From assembly GCA_964518915.1 (NCBI GenBank), contig CAZFJO010000002.1, positions 1 through 46,418 of the forward strand: DNA of 46,418 nucleotides, given 5' to 3'. Within the stretch, counting starts at the first letter, position 1. Every line of letters begins with the position of its first letter. The notes under the pieces are model-generated. The model did no database searches. It saw nothing but the letters and a program-made list of their open reading frames with translations, and had not been told where the DNA came from. Shown piece after piece: positions 19,801 to 27,420 of the stretch. The position numbers and the translations under genes are program-made. The stretch is from an uncultured Saprospiraceae bacterium. GTDB taxonomy: Bacteria; Bacteroidota; Bacteroidia; Chitinophagales; Saprospiraceae.

Positions 19801-20331
19801 AAAGGTCCATGTGGAACTATCCAGTTCACAATTGTCACTTACCATTCCACCGGCATCCACGAAGTCATCGATACTCATGTAAGGCTCATATGCATCGGCG
19901 TCACACTGGAATCTTGTGATTGGGGGCGGAATAACAACAGGTTTAATTGTATCAAGCACAGTAACTGTCTGCTCACACATCATAGCGACATCACATGTCA
20001 TAGATACATCGTACGTAATGGTATAATCGCCTGGAACCCATACACCTCCTGGAGCAACCATTTCTAGGTTACTGGTAAAAGTAGTTGTACAGTCTTCAAT
20101 ATCAGAAGTAGGACCAGGAAGAATGGAATCTACCGTACATCCCGATTCGGGGACGTACAGCGTGATATCCATAGGACAATTTATTGCAATTGTAAATGAC
20201 TCGGTTTTTGGAAAGGCCTCGAAGTCATTGCTTTTTGTTATTTCTTTCTCATTACTTGCGTAAAGAGTGTTGTGGTTCAGGCATAGCAGTAGTAATACAA
20301 CTACCTGAAAGGAAGCTATTATCGTTCTCAT
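16900..20331 (-). CDS. Large secreted multi-domain surface protein (HYR-like Cys-containing repeats, CarboxypepD_reg-like, dockerin-like, cohesin-like, T9SS type A CTD)
   Basis: A signal peptide is followed by many ~80-aa modules with DNC/DDNC motifs. Next come ISGEVRTATGIPLKEAQINLSG..TDKDGAYAFDDL and the dockerin-like pair DGVSTLDLVIIQQHILG ... DINNDEKVTAMDLLQLRKMILG (about 17794..17964). The C-terminus NTPNPFSDHTMIHYSLP...VLYYTIST is a T9SS type A CTD. Confidence 0.8.
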   Translation of the reverse strand: MRTIIASFQVVVLLLLCLNHNTLYASNEKEITKSNDFEAFPKTESFTIAINCPMDITLYVPESGCTVDSILPGPTSDIEDCTTTFTSNLEMVAPGGVWVPGDYTITYDVSMTCDVAMMCEQTVTVLDTIKPVVIPPPITRFQCDADAYEPYMSIDDFVDAGGMVSDNCELDSSTWTFVSEVSDGGFDPEIIEYTYSVEDTLGNETLAIDTVIVQDTESPSITTNSLNISLGSSTFNKDAEDFVLNIDDNCDTDFTIQIMRMTDPCDYEPNLDPSDDVQFCCADVGTTVDMMVIVTDRSGNVNSASVSATIGDNSLPQIMNELPDITVSCAYDLDLEDLSDFGKYVMDALDVESIDIMDDGFLCSSITCQDGMYIDNCPENVDMTVTLVDNRTDCNTGDLLRIFSFSDPLNIENDPMSFIIDTQRISIVDITPFTEANIIWPRDTAIVACVDVAPDPADTGVPILMDDDGCSRVAPSMTDLIFDDPTSGCVVIERTWKVIDWCTYDRDTRAGIWEDKQYITLENNVAPQFVDFDSEIEKCTAGNTCGGIVSAFVTANDDCTDSLDIAYKFKIDIGNDGDGSFDIEDVGNEFTEDLPLGIHLIHWIAEDRCGNETIAPQLLTVKECETPTPICINGLAASLNDDGLISIWASDFNNKSNDNCTESKDLIFSFSADVTHLDSTFTCDEIGVQEVDMWVTDEVGNQSFCQTQVDIQDPLSICPDSGSGSGDDAPVTRASISGEVRTATGIPLKEAQINLSGPEMELYVMTDKDGAYAFDDLEKKYDYEIIPTKDVSPMDGVSTLDLVIIQQHILGIADLDSPYKMLASDINNDEKVTAMDLLQLRKMILGVYDNFPENNSWRFVEERHGIHTDEQPWPFSEGAYISDLTADAIGNNFMGIKIGDVNHSVEEKLTRTDVETRSHEDLTISIKDRSVQAGEKIKLTLTAEQSIDIIAWQWTASMDGDKIRYVRHIPEALEVTPEQIALVEGEGDHVTLAWTHLEGVDVPSSSTLMELEFVALKSGKLSEVIDFGSTVTQAVAYNAQLERVDISFQWEEEGIETFAVEQNTPNPFSDHTMIHYSLPESGEVLFSISDAQGRNIINKVMLNEEGMNTITIAREELEGASGVLYYTISTTNHKVTKKMILLR

Positions 20332-20412
20332 CTAAATAAAATATTAGGTCATTAAGGTACTGCTGGAGGGATAGGTTGGACTCAGAATGGTGGTTAGTCA
20401 CGCTAAGTGAAA

Positions 20413-20420
20413 CAAAGATA
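20413..20420 (-). promoter_or_regulatory. Candidate -7 promoter box (TATCTTTG on minus strand) for the large T9SS gene
   Basis: The plus strand reads CAAAGATA, which is TATCTTTG on the minus strand and matches TAnnTTTG. It lies 82 nt upstream of the ATG at 20331. No TTG -33 element was seen. Confidence 0.25.
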
Positions 20421-20431
20421 GGATAATTATT

Positions 20432-20459
20432 AACATATTAAAGAAATATTTAATATGTT
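20432..20459. terminator. AT-rich hairpin between the ligase operon and the downstream gene (weak terminator candidate)
   Basis: An 11-bp stem (AACATATTAAA / TTTAATATGTT) has a 6-nt loop. It is flanked by a T-run on the plus strand, equivalent to an A-run 5' of the hairpin on the minus strand. It has only one G:C pair. Confidence 0.25.
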
Positions 20460-20478
20460 TTTTCTTAGACTCCTTAAT

Positions 20479-22065
20479 TTAATTTATCTGAATATGATTT
20501 TTTAAGTTTTCTAGCGTGTCTGCTTCCGAGGCAGGCTTATCCTTTCTCCACCTCTTAATTCTAGGAAACCTGAGTGCTACACCAGACTTATGGCGTTTAG
20601 AATGAGCAATGCCCTCGAATGCCAATTCGAATACATGAACCGGATTTACACTGCAGACAGGGCCGAACCTTTCAATCGTATTTTTTCTCACCCACCGACT
20701 TATTTCTACGAACTCCTTATCTGTAAGGCCGCTATACGCTTTAGCGAATGGGACAAGCCTATCTCCCTCCCACACCGCAAATGTAAAATCGGTGTAAAGA
20801 TTTGCTCTTCTTCCATGACCTCTCTGTGCATATATCATTACGGCATCTATGGTCATAGGATCTACCTTCCACTTCCACCACTCTCCTTTTTTCCTTCCTA
20901 CTTTATAATTTCCTTCTCTCTTTTTTAGCATCAAGCCTTCGGCATAGTGTGCTCTAGATTGCTTGCGTATTTCTGTCAGATCGCGCCATCCAGAAAAATC
21001 TACTTCAGGCGATAGAAGACATTGTTGCAGCGCATTAGATTCAACAAATGCTTTTAACAATTTCCTCCGCTTACTTATAGGCTGTTCTCTTAAGTCCTTT
21101 CCTTGCCATTCTAGCAAGTCATAAGCAATGACAACAACAGGGGCATCTACAAGATGTTTTTTAGCCACCGTTTTTCTACCGATTCGAGTCTGAAGCACAT
21201 TGAATGGCATAGGCTGATTTTCTTTATAACAGATAATCTCACCATCGACGACCCAGTTATCATCTGAAATATTCTTAAAACAAGCGAATTCAGGAAACTT
21301 ATCCGTAACCAGTTCTTCTCCTCTAGACCAGACATACAATTCTCCTGACCGCTTAATAATCTGCCCTCGGATACCATCCCACTTCCATTCTGCTATCCAG
21401 TCTGAAGGAACGCCGATTTTTTCTACCTCACCTTCTAACGCATAAGCGAGATAAAAAGGATAAGGCCGACTCAAGTGGTCACCTTCATTCTCTTCTGTGA
21501 GTAAGTTCTGAAAGTCATGCTCCATAGGCGACCAGTTACCCATCAACCTATGTGCTATGGTTGCTTCTTCTATATAAAGTGCTTGAGAAAGTGCTCGGGT
21601 AATCAATTTCTGGGAGACACCTATTCTAAAACCACCCGTAATCAACTTATTAAACAAGAATCGCTCATCCGTATTTAATTCATCCCAGCATCGATATATC
21701 CACGCTTTCTTTATGTCTTCTTCTGAGCCCTTAAGAGCCATCATACCTTCTATGTACTGATGCAACAGTTTATCAGAAGATTGTGTAGGATGAGGTAAGA
21801 GAAGTGCGATCGTTTCCGCCAGATCTCCCACGATGTGGTAACACTCTTCGAATAACCACAGGGGAATTCTAGATTTTTCAGCGGCCCATTCTCTCAATCT
21901 AGCTGTACTTATGGTCCGTTTAGGTCTGCGGTGGGAAAACAAGGCTATCGTCCATAACTTAGATCTGTCATCCGCTTCTTTAAAATACCTAGATAGGGCC
22001 TTAACCTTAACATTGGTCTTGGTTGTACGGTCTATTTCTCTATATAATGAAGCAAGTTTTTTCAT
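20479..22065 (-). CDS. ATP-dependent DNA ligase (ligase-associated DNA damage response type)
   Basis: The adenylation motif I is KWDGIRGQ, followed by EGLMLK and WWKWK-type nucleotidyltransferase/OB motifs. Length is 528 aa with an N-terminal DNA-binding extension. The start overlaps the stop of the upstream MBL exonuclease (ATGA). Confidence 0.9.
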   Translation of the reverse strand: MKKLASLYREIDRTTKTNVKVKALSRYFKEADDRSKLWTIALFSHRRPKRTISTARLREWAAEKSRIPLWLFEECYHIVGDLAETIALLLPHPTQSSDKLLHQYIEGMMALKGSEEDIKKAWIYRCWDELNTDERFLFNKLITGGFRIGVSQKLITRALSQALYIEEATIAHRLMGNWSPMEHDFQNLLTEENEGDHLSRPYPFYLAYALEGEVEKIGVPSDWIAEWKWDGIRGQIIKRSGELYVWSRGEELVTDKFPEFACFKNISDDNWVVDGEIICYKENQPMPFNVLQTRIGRKTVAKKHLVDAPVVVIAYDLLEWQGKDLREQPISKRRKLLKAFVESNALQQCLLSPEVDFSGWRDLTEIRKQSRAHYAEGLMLKKREGNYKVGRKKGEWWKWKVDPMTIDAVMIYAQRGHGRRANLYTDFTFAVWEGDRLVPFAKAYSGLTDKEFVEISRWVRKNTIERFGPVCSVNPVHVFELAFEGIAHSKRHKSGVALRFPRIKRWRKDKPASEADTLENLKNHIQIN

Positions 22066-23066
22066 TTCTGTACTTCCTCCGTTTCTTCTTCATTACTGGA
22101 AAATTCCGTTTTTACAACTTGTGCATTGTAACCTTGTTCCCTGAGGTATTTAGAAAAGATATCTGTATATCCATGGGTTACATATATGTTCTCTGCTTCC
22201 GTTTCTTTTATGGCTTGCATAAGGCCTGTCCAGTCAGCATGGTCCGATAATACGAAGCCTCGATCTGCCGCTCGCCTACGTCTGGTGCCACGCATGGCAA
22301 CCCATCCGCTTGCTACTGCGCTTGAGAATTCTTTAAACCGCTTAGACCATTCAGATTGAATTCCCGAAGATGTTGCAATGACTAGGCTGCCCTTGAAATC
22401 ATCATAGGTATGATCTGGTGTGACTCGGATGGTTTCTTTAAGGTTATACCCTTGACCACGCAATACTTCATTGATATTCTCTACAGCCCCATGTGTATAG
22501 ATCCGCCCTATAGAATCTAGGGAATGTATGATACGCTGTGCCTTGCCTAGTGCATATGCATGGATAACTGAAACAACCCCTTCGGTCTGATTTTCTGTCC
22601 ACCATTCCTCGATTTCTGATATTACTTTTTTCTGAGATTGCCATCTAAAAACCGGTAGTCCGAAAGTAGATTCCGTAACGAAATGATGACACTTAACCGG
22701 TTCATAGGGTTCAGAGATGCCATCATATTCTGTTTTATAATCTCCGCTTATCACCCATACTTCTCCCTTATATTCCAGTCTTATCTGTGCTGAACCTATT
22801 ATATGTCCCGCAGGGTGAAAACTAATTTTAACACCATGAATTGTGACCGTTTTACCATAATCGATTCCAGAAATCTGAGGGCCTTTTAATCTATAATCAA
22901 TCACCGGAACGGCAGCATGAGTAGCCAGATACCGCTGTGAACCAGCCCGCGCATGATCAGCATGTCCATGGGTGATTAAGGCGTGCTTGACCGGTTTCCA
23001 CGGATCTATATACACATCCGCTTGTGCGCAATAAAGTCCCCTTTCTGTAAATGTTATCATGCTCAT
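22062..23066 (-). CDS. Ligase-associated DNA damage response exonuclease (metallo-beta-lactamase / beta-CASP-like fold)
   Basis: It carries the HGHADH metal motif near the N-terminus and later His/Asp motifs (SDHADW, VTHG). It is translationally coupled to the ligase. Confidence 0.85.
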   Translation of the reverse strand: MSMITFTERGLYCAQADVYIDPWKPVKHALITHGHADHARAGSQRYLATHAAVPVIDYRLKGPQISGIDYGKTVTIHGVKISFHPAGHIIGSAQIRLEYKGEVWVISGDYKTEYDGISEPYEPVKCHHFVTESTFGLPVFRWQSQKKVISEIEEWWTENQTEGVVSVIHAYALGKAQRIIHSLDSIGRIYTHGAVENINEVLRGQGYNLKETIRVTPDHTYDDFKGSLVIATSSGIQSEWSKRFKEFSSAVASGWVAMRGTRRRRAADRGFVLSDHADWTGLMQAIKETEAENIYVTHGYTDIFSKYLREQGYNAQVVKTEFSSNEEETEEVQK

Positions 23067-23149
23067 GGAGAGTAAAATACTATATTCACCTCTTTAATTA
23101 ACTAGAATCTCTACTGCAAGTTTTTAATTCGTGCTGAGAAATTAAATCC

Positions 23150-24577
23150 GTGAAACAATCATTTTCGATAAATCTAATTTTTCTAGTGATCATCAACCTG
23201 ATCATAAAGCTCTCTTATCTATTTATAATAGAGGTAGGAGTTCAGAATAGTTTAGGTCCTTCCGAATACGGTATTTTTCTTGCTTTATTCAACTTCAGTT
23301 ATCTGTTCTATTTCTTGCAAGACCCAGGAATTCACAATTACAACCTGACTCGCTTGAGTAAAGATCGCAGTCTTATAAAAAAAGACTTCAAGCAGGTCGT
23401 GGTTATTAAAGCTGGGCTAGGGGTGCTTTTCTTTCTAGTTGTTATTGTATGCGGTTTCCTTATGGATTATTCGGCTAAGATGATGGAGTTGCTCAAGTGG
23501 ATATCAATTAACCATTTTCTCGCTTCTAGTTTCATGTATCTCAGGTCTCATCATTCTGCCAGCGGTAGGTATTTCTGGGACAGCTGTCTTTCTATTTTAG
23601 ATAAATCATTGATGATATTATTCATCGGTTATCTTCTTTACAACAAGGATGCGGCGGACCTTAGCATAATTACATTTGTTCAGGCACAGATGATGGCGTT
23701 TTTAATTGCCATTGCTGTGGCATTGATATCATTGAAATCTATATGGTCGTTTCCGACAATAAGCAGAACATTTGTGCAAGCGTACTTAAAGCAAGCATTG
23801 CCTTTCGGTCTGATTGTTTTTTTAATGGCCGTATACAGCCGCATCGATGTAGTAATGCTAGAAAGGATGCTAGAAAACGGGGACTATCAATCAGGTATAT
23901 ATGCTGCTTCTTATAGGTTCTATGAAGGCTGTAACATGGTGGCCTATCTATACGCAGCCTTATTGCTTCCTATGTTCGCTTCCGCAAAAATCCCCATGGT
24001 TCATACCTTGCTTGATACATCCATAAGAATGATGATTCCACTTCTACTAGGGGTAGGTATAATCGGGATAGGATGGGGCAATGAAATCATGGGTATTTAT
24101 AAAGTTAACAACCCTCAATATGCTTTTCTTCTTAATTGTCATGTCGGGGCTTTTTTCTGTGTCGCTATTTCCTACATCTATGGAACCTTACTTACTGCTA
24201 AGCGGGTATTAAAGACACTGAACACTATCCTGATTGCGGGTCTAGTGTTTAATGTAGTTATGAACTACATATTGATTCCTAAGTATGCAGCGAGCGGGGC
24301 TGCCATAGCAACGCTGTCTACACAATTTATAGTTGTTTTATGCCAGGTTATTGTGGTTCATAAAAAGTTTAATCGTCAGATTGACTTCAACTTAATCAGT
24401 AGGGTTCTTTTACTTTCTACTGTACTTAGTGTTGCTGCTATATACTTGCAGCCACGCGGATTGAACATAGGAATAGACGTTATAATTATAGGAACTGGAG
24501 TGCTAGTAGGAATATTTACCCTTGGAATTATAAGAAAAGACATGATTTTTGCATTGTATAATAAGCGAGAAGTATAA
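23150..24577 (+). CDS. Polysaccharide/oligosaccharide flippase (Wzx / MOP superfamily)
   Basis: Length is 475 aa with roughly 12-14 TM segments and typical Wzx-like hydrophobic periodicity. The start is GTG, and an in-frame stop lies 13 nt upstream. Confidence 0.7.
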   Translation: MKQSFSINLIFLVIINLIIKLSYLFIIEVGVQNSLGPSEYGIFLALFNFSYLFYFLQDPGIHNYNLTRLSKDRSLIKKDFKQVVVIKAGLGVLFFLVVIVCGFLMDYSAKMMELLKWISINHFLASSFMYLRSHHSASGRYFWDSCLSILDKSLMILFIGYLLYNKDAADLSIITFVQAQMMAFLIAIAVALISLKSIWSFPTISRTFVQAYLKQALPFGLIVFLMAVYSRIDVVMLERMLENGDYQSGIYAASYRFYEGCNMVAYLYAALLLPMFASAKIPMVHTLLDTSIRMMIPLLLGVGIIGIGWGNEIMGIYKVNNPQYAFLLNCHVGAFFCVAISYIYGTLLTAKRVLKTLNTILIAGLVFNVVMNYILIPKYAASGAAIATLSTQFIVVLCQVIVVHKKFNRQIDFNLISRVLLLSTVLSVAAIYLQPRGLNIGIDVIIIGTGVLVGIFTLGIIRKDMIFALYNKREV

Positions 24578-24618
24578 CTGCTCGCGGACTGATAGAAAAC
24601 GAAAAACTTTAACGACGC

Positions 24619-25704
24619 ATGGAAAATGAATTTGGGATCGTCGACGTAGTGAAAGTCATCCTCAGATGGTGGAAGAAAATCGCCATTGCTACTTTTATAA
24701 TTGCGTCAATTGCAGCTGTCATAAGCCTACTACTACCTGTATATTATGAGGCTGGAACAACCTTCTACGCAGCTAGTCCAGATCTTGCTGCTCCTGCACC
24801 ACTCAGTACCAATCAAGAAATAATCAGTGTTTATGGCAACGACAATGATATTGATCGCTTACTTTCCATCTCACAGTCTAACGAGTTAAAAAATTTCTTG
24901 ATCAGTAAATTCAACCTTTATGAGAGATACGACATAGATCCGAAAGATCCGAAAGCCCCTTACAAGGTTCAGCTCAAACTAGGTAAACTCTACCAAGCCA
25001 ATAAAAATAAATTCGATGCTATATTCCTCACAGTTGAGGATGAGGACCCTGCAATATCTGCTGACATGGCTAATTCTGCACGTGATAAAATAAACGAAAT
25101 AGCTCAGAAACTTATAAAAGAAAGTCAGACTCAGACTAGAGATAGTTACGCAAGAAGCCTTACAGAAAAAGAATCTCTGCTGACTCAGTTTAATGACTCA
25201 CTCCGCGTACTAAGAGTAAAATACAATGTCATAGACACAGAAAATCAAGGTCAAGTTATTGCAGAAAATAGCAGTAGTGCAGAATTTCTGTTGAGCGAGG
25301 CAGAAGCGAGATATGCCAGTTACAGAGACGGAAGCTTCTTTAGTGATTCCATCGCTAGCCTTAAGTCTAAGATTGCCGGCTTAAAAGCTCGAAAACGCAG
25401 TGTAGATTCACAATTAAAAAACTTCAATAAAGGTATAAATCAGATTAAGAGCATGGAATTGCAACTCCAGACTGCCAGCAATCAAGTCGGCTTACTGAAA
25501 GAAAGAAAGAGCCAATTAGATGCTACACTGAATACTACTTTCTCCGCGCTTCATGTGGTAGAAGAGGCACATAAGCCTGTTATTAAAAGCAGACCTAAAC
25601 GCACGATTATGGTCTTAGGTGCAGCCGCGCTCACCTTAATATTTGGTTGTCTGGTCGTTCTCTTTTTAGAGGGCATAAAGAAAATAGATTGGAACAAGCC
25701 CTGA
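24619..25704 (+). CDS. Wzz-like polysaccharide chain-length determinant (no kinase domain)
   Basis: An N-terminal TM (IAIATFIIASIAAVISLLL) is followed by a long coiled-coil periplasmic region and a C-terminal TM (IMVLGAAALTLIFGCLVVLFL). This is the PCP-1 topology. Confidence 0.7.
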   Translation: MENEFGIVDVVKVILRWWKKIAIATFIIASIAAVISLLLPVYYEAGTTFYAASPDLAAPAPLSTNQEIISVYGNDNDIDRLLSISQSNELKNFLISKFNLYERYDIDPKDPKAPYKVQLKLGKLYQANKNKFDAIFLTVEDEDPAISADMANSARDKINEIAQKLIKESQTQTRDSYARSLTEKESLLTQFNDSLRVLRVKYNVIDTENQGQVIAENSSSAEFLLSEAEARYASYRDGSFFSDSIASLKSKIAGLKARKRSVDSQLKNFNKGINQIKSMELQLQTASNQVGLLKERKSQLDATLNTTFSALHVVEEAHKPVIKSRPKRTIMVLGAAALTLIFGCLVVLFLEGIKKIDWNKP

Positions 25705-27128
25705 TTACAGATAGAAGCGGTATAGAACAGAAGCTGTTTTTTCTATTGATGATTATACAGGGCCTGGCTATAGCAGCAGCTCTGACGACACAGATATACG
25801 CAATATCGTTCTTTCCTATTGTCCTTATTGCTGGGTGGTTCCTTCTTTCTGACATACGGCGATTGTACTATTTTTTCGCCATGGCGATCCCATTTTCAAT
25901 AGAAAAAGAATTGCCGGGTGGGCTAGGAACAGATCTACCCACAGAACCTATTATGTGGGCGATTACAGGATTTTCTCTGTTTTACTTATTATACAATGCC
26001 TATCGCATGGATTTTTCCATGATCCGACATCCGATTACGCTGTTGCTGTTGCTGCATCTAGGATGGACAGGACTTACTGGAATTACTGCGGTTTATCCTA
26101 CGTATTCGATCAAGTTTCTACTTGCTAAAGTATGGTATGTAATTCCTTTTTTCTTCTTTTTCACTTACGTATTTCAGGATAAAAAATCGCTGACCACGTT
26201 CTTTAAAGTGCTTGTAGGAGCAACCTTACTATCCGTAACGATTGTGATGATTAGGCACTCGGCAAGTGGATTTGCATTTGACACAATCAATAAGGCTTCT
26301 CATCCGATTTATAGAAACCACGTCAATTATGCATGTATGTTGATAGCTATACTTCCTTATGTATGGTATCTCTGGAAGATCGCTTCACGCAAATGGCCTT
26401 ACCTTCTAGCCATGGCTTACCTTGTGGTAGCTATATATCTTTCTTATTGTAGAGCGGCCATACTTGCAATAATCATAAGCATAGCTATGTATTATATTGT
26501 GAAGTGGAAGCTTACCAGGGTAGCCATAGCCACAGCGCTTATAAGTCTAGCTATAGCAATCCCCTATTTCTTAAGCAACGGTACTTATCTAGATTATGCT
26601 CCGGACTACGAAAAGACGATTACCCACGAAAAATTTGACAATCTGATTGAGGCCACCTACAAGCTAGAAGACATCAGTACCATGGAACGACTGTATCGAT
26701 GGATGGCTGGTAAGCAGATGATAGAAGAAAGGCCTATTTTCGGATTTGGCCCATCTAATTTTTTCCCTAATTATGAAAACCACACTATATCGTCTTTTCA
26801 GACGTATGTATCTAATAATCCAGAAAAATCAGGTATCCATAGCTATTATTTAATGATTAGTGTCGAACAGGGAATCATCGGAGGATTGATTTTTCTATTT
26901 CTTGTCATCGTTGCATTCATATATGGAGAAAATATCTACCATATGCTTACTGATACACATTACAAGGCTGTGGTTATGGCAGCCATGATGAGCCTCATTG
27001 CAATTGCCTCAGTATTAATCATTAATGATTTAATAGAGGCTGATAAAGTGGGTCCTTTTTTCTTTATAGCGTGCGCCATTCCTATTATAGGATTGATGGC
27101 GAAAAGTCGAGAAAATAAATTGATGTAA
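25647..27128 (+). CDS. O-antigen ligase/polymerase family membrane protein (Wzy_C-like)
   Basis: It is a polytopic protein with a large loop and a Wzy_C-like segment (YLSYCRAAILAIIISIAMYY). The ORF-track start overlaps the upstream gene by 58 nt. An ATG at 25749 (MIIQGLAIAA..) is the more likely start. Confidence 0.7.
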   Translation: MSGRSLFRGHKENRLEQALITDRSGIEQKLFFLLMIIQGLAIAAALTTQIYAISFFPIVLIAGWFLLSDIRRLYYFFAMAIPFSIEKELPGGLGTDLPTEPIMWAITGFSLFYLLYNAYRMDFSMIRHPITLLLLLHLGWTGLTGITAVYPTYSIKFLLAKVWYVIPFFFFFTYVFQDKKSLTTFFKVLVGATLLSVTIVMIRHSASGFAFDTINKASHPIYRNHVNYACMLIAILPYVWYLWKIASRKWPYLLAMAYLVVAIYLSYCRAAILAIIISIAMYYIVKWKLTRVAIATALISLAIAIPYFLSNGTYLDYAPDYEKTITHEKFDNLIEATYKLEDISTMERLYRWMAGKQMIEERPIFGFGPSNFFPNYENHTISSFQTYVSNNPEKSGIHSYYLMISVEQGIIGGLIFLFLVIVAFIYGENIYHMLTDTHYKAVVMAAMMSLIAIASVLIINDLIEADKVGPFFFIACAIPIIGLMAKSRENKLM

Positions 27129-27145
27129 AATATTCACTCAGAATT

Positions 27146-27175
27146 TTGCAGTATTATAGAATGCCTCTATATTTG
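27146..27175 (+). promoter_or_regulatory. Bacteroidota-type promoter for tRNA-Val (TTG-N19-TATATTTG)
   Basis: TTG at 27146-27148, a 19-nt spacer and TATATTTG (TAnnTTTG) at 27168-27175. The box ends 18 nt before the mature tRNA 5' end. Confidence 0.5.
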
Positions 27176-27192
27176 CGAGCCTTTTAATAGGA

Positions 27193-27267
27193 GGGCGATT
27201 AGCTCAGTTGGTTCAGAGCACCTGGTTTACACCCAGGGGGTCGGGAGTTCGAGTCTCTCATCGCCCA
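27193..27267 (+). tRNA. tRNA-Val(TAC): tRNA-Val, anticodon TAC
   Basis: It folds by hand as a cloverleaf. The acceptor stem is GGGCGAT/ATCGCCC, the D arm GCTC..GAGC, the anticodon stem CCTGG/CCAGG with loop TTTACAC, and the T arm GGGAG-TTCGAGT-CTCTC. The discriminator is A and no CCA is encoded. Confidence 0.93.
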
Positions 27268-27271
27268 CAAT

Positions 27272-27307
27272 AAAAAAGCTTGTTTCTCACGGAACAAGCT
27301 TTTTTTT
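27272..27307 (+). terminator. Rho-independent terminator after tRNA-Val
   Basis: The stem AAGCTTGTTTC / GGAACAAGCTT has a 4-nt loop TCAC and is followed by T7. An A-run precedes it. Confidence 0.75.
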
Positions 27308-27420
27308 ATTCAAGCAGTCAATTTTCGATCCCTTCTTTATTCCTTTTCAATTTAGAATATAAAATCCATGATTTTCATCCATTAAGTTATCTTTATAAGA
27401 TATCAAACAGAAAAATCTAA

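Noticed and set aside
27193-27420. tRNA-Val as an integration site for a genomic island (downstream regulators up to dnaX).
   Set aside because: No integrase, transposase or phage genes follow. I did not find a duplicated copy of the tRNA 3' end downstream, and the downstream genes look like ordinary chromosomal regulators.
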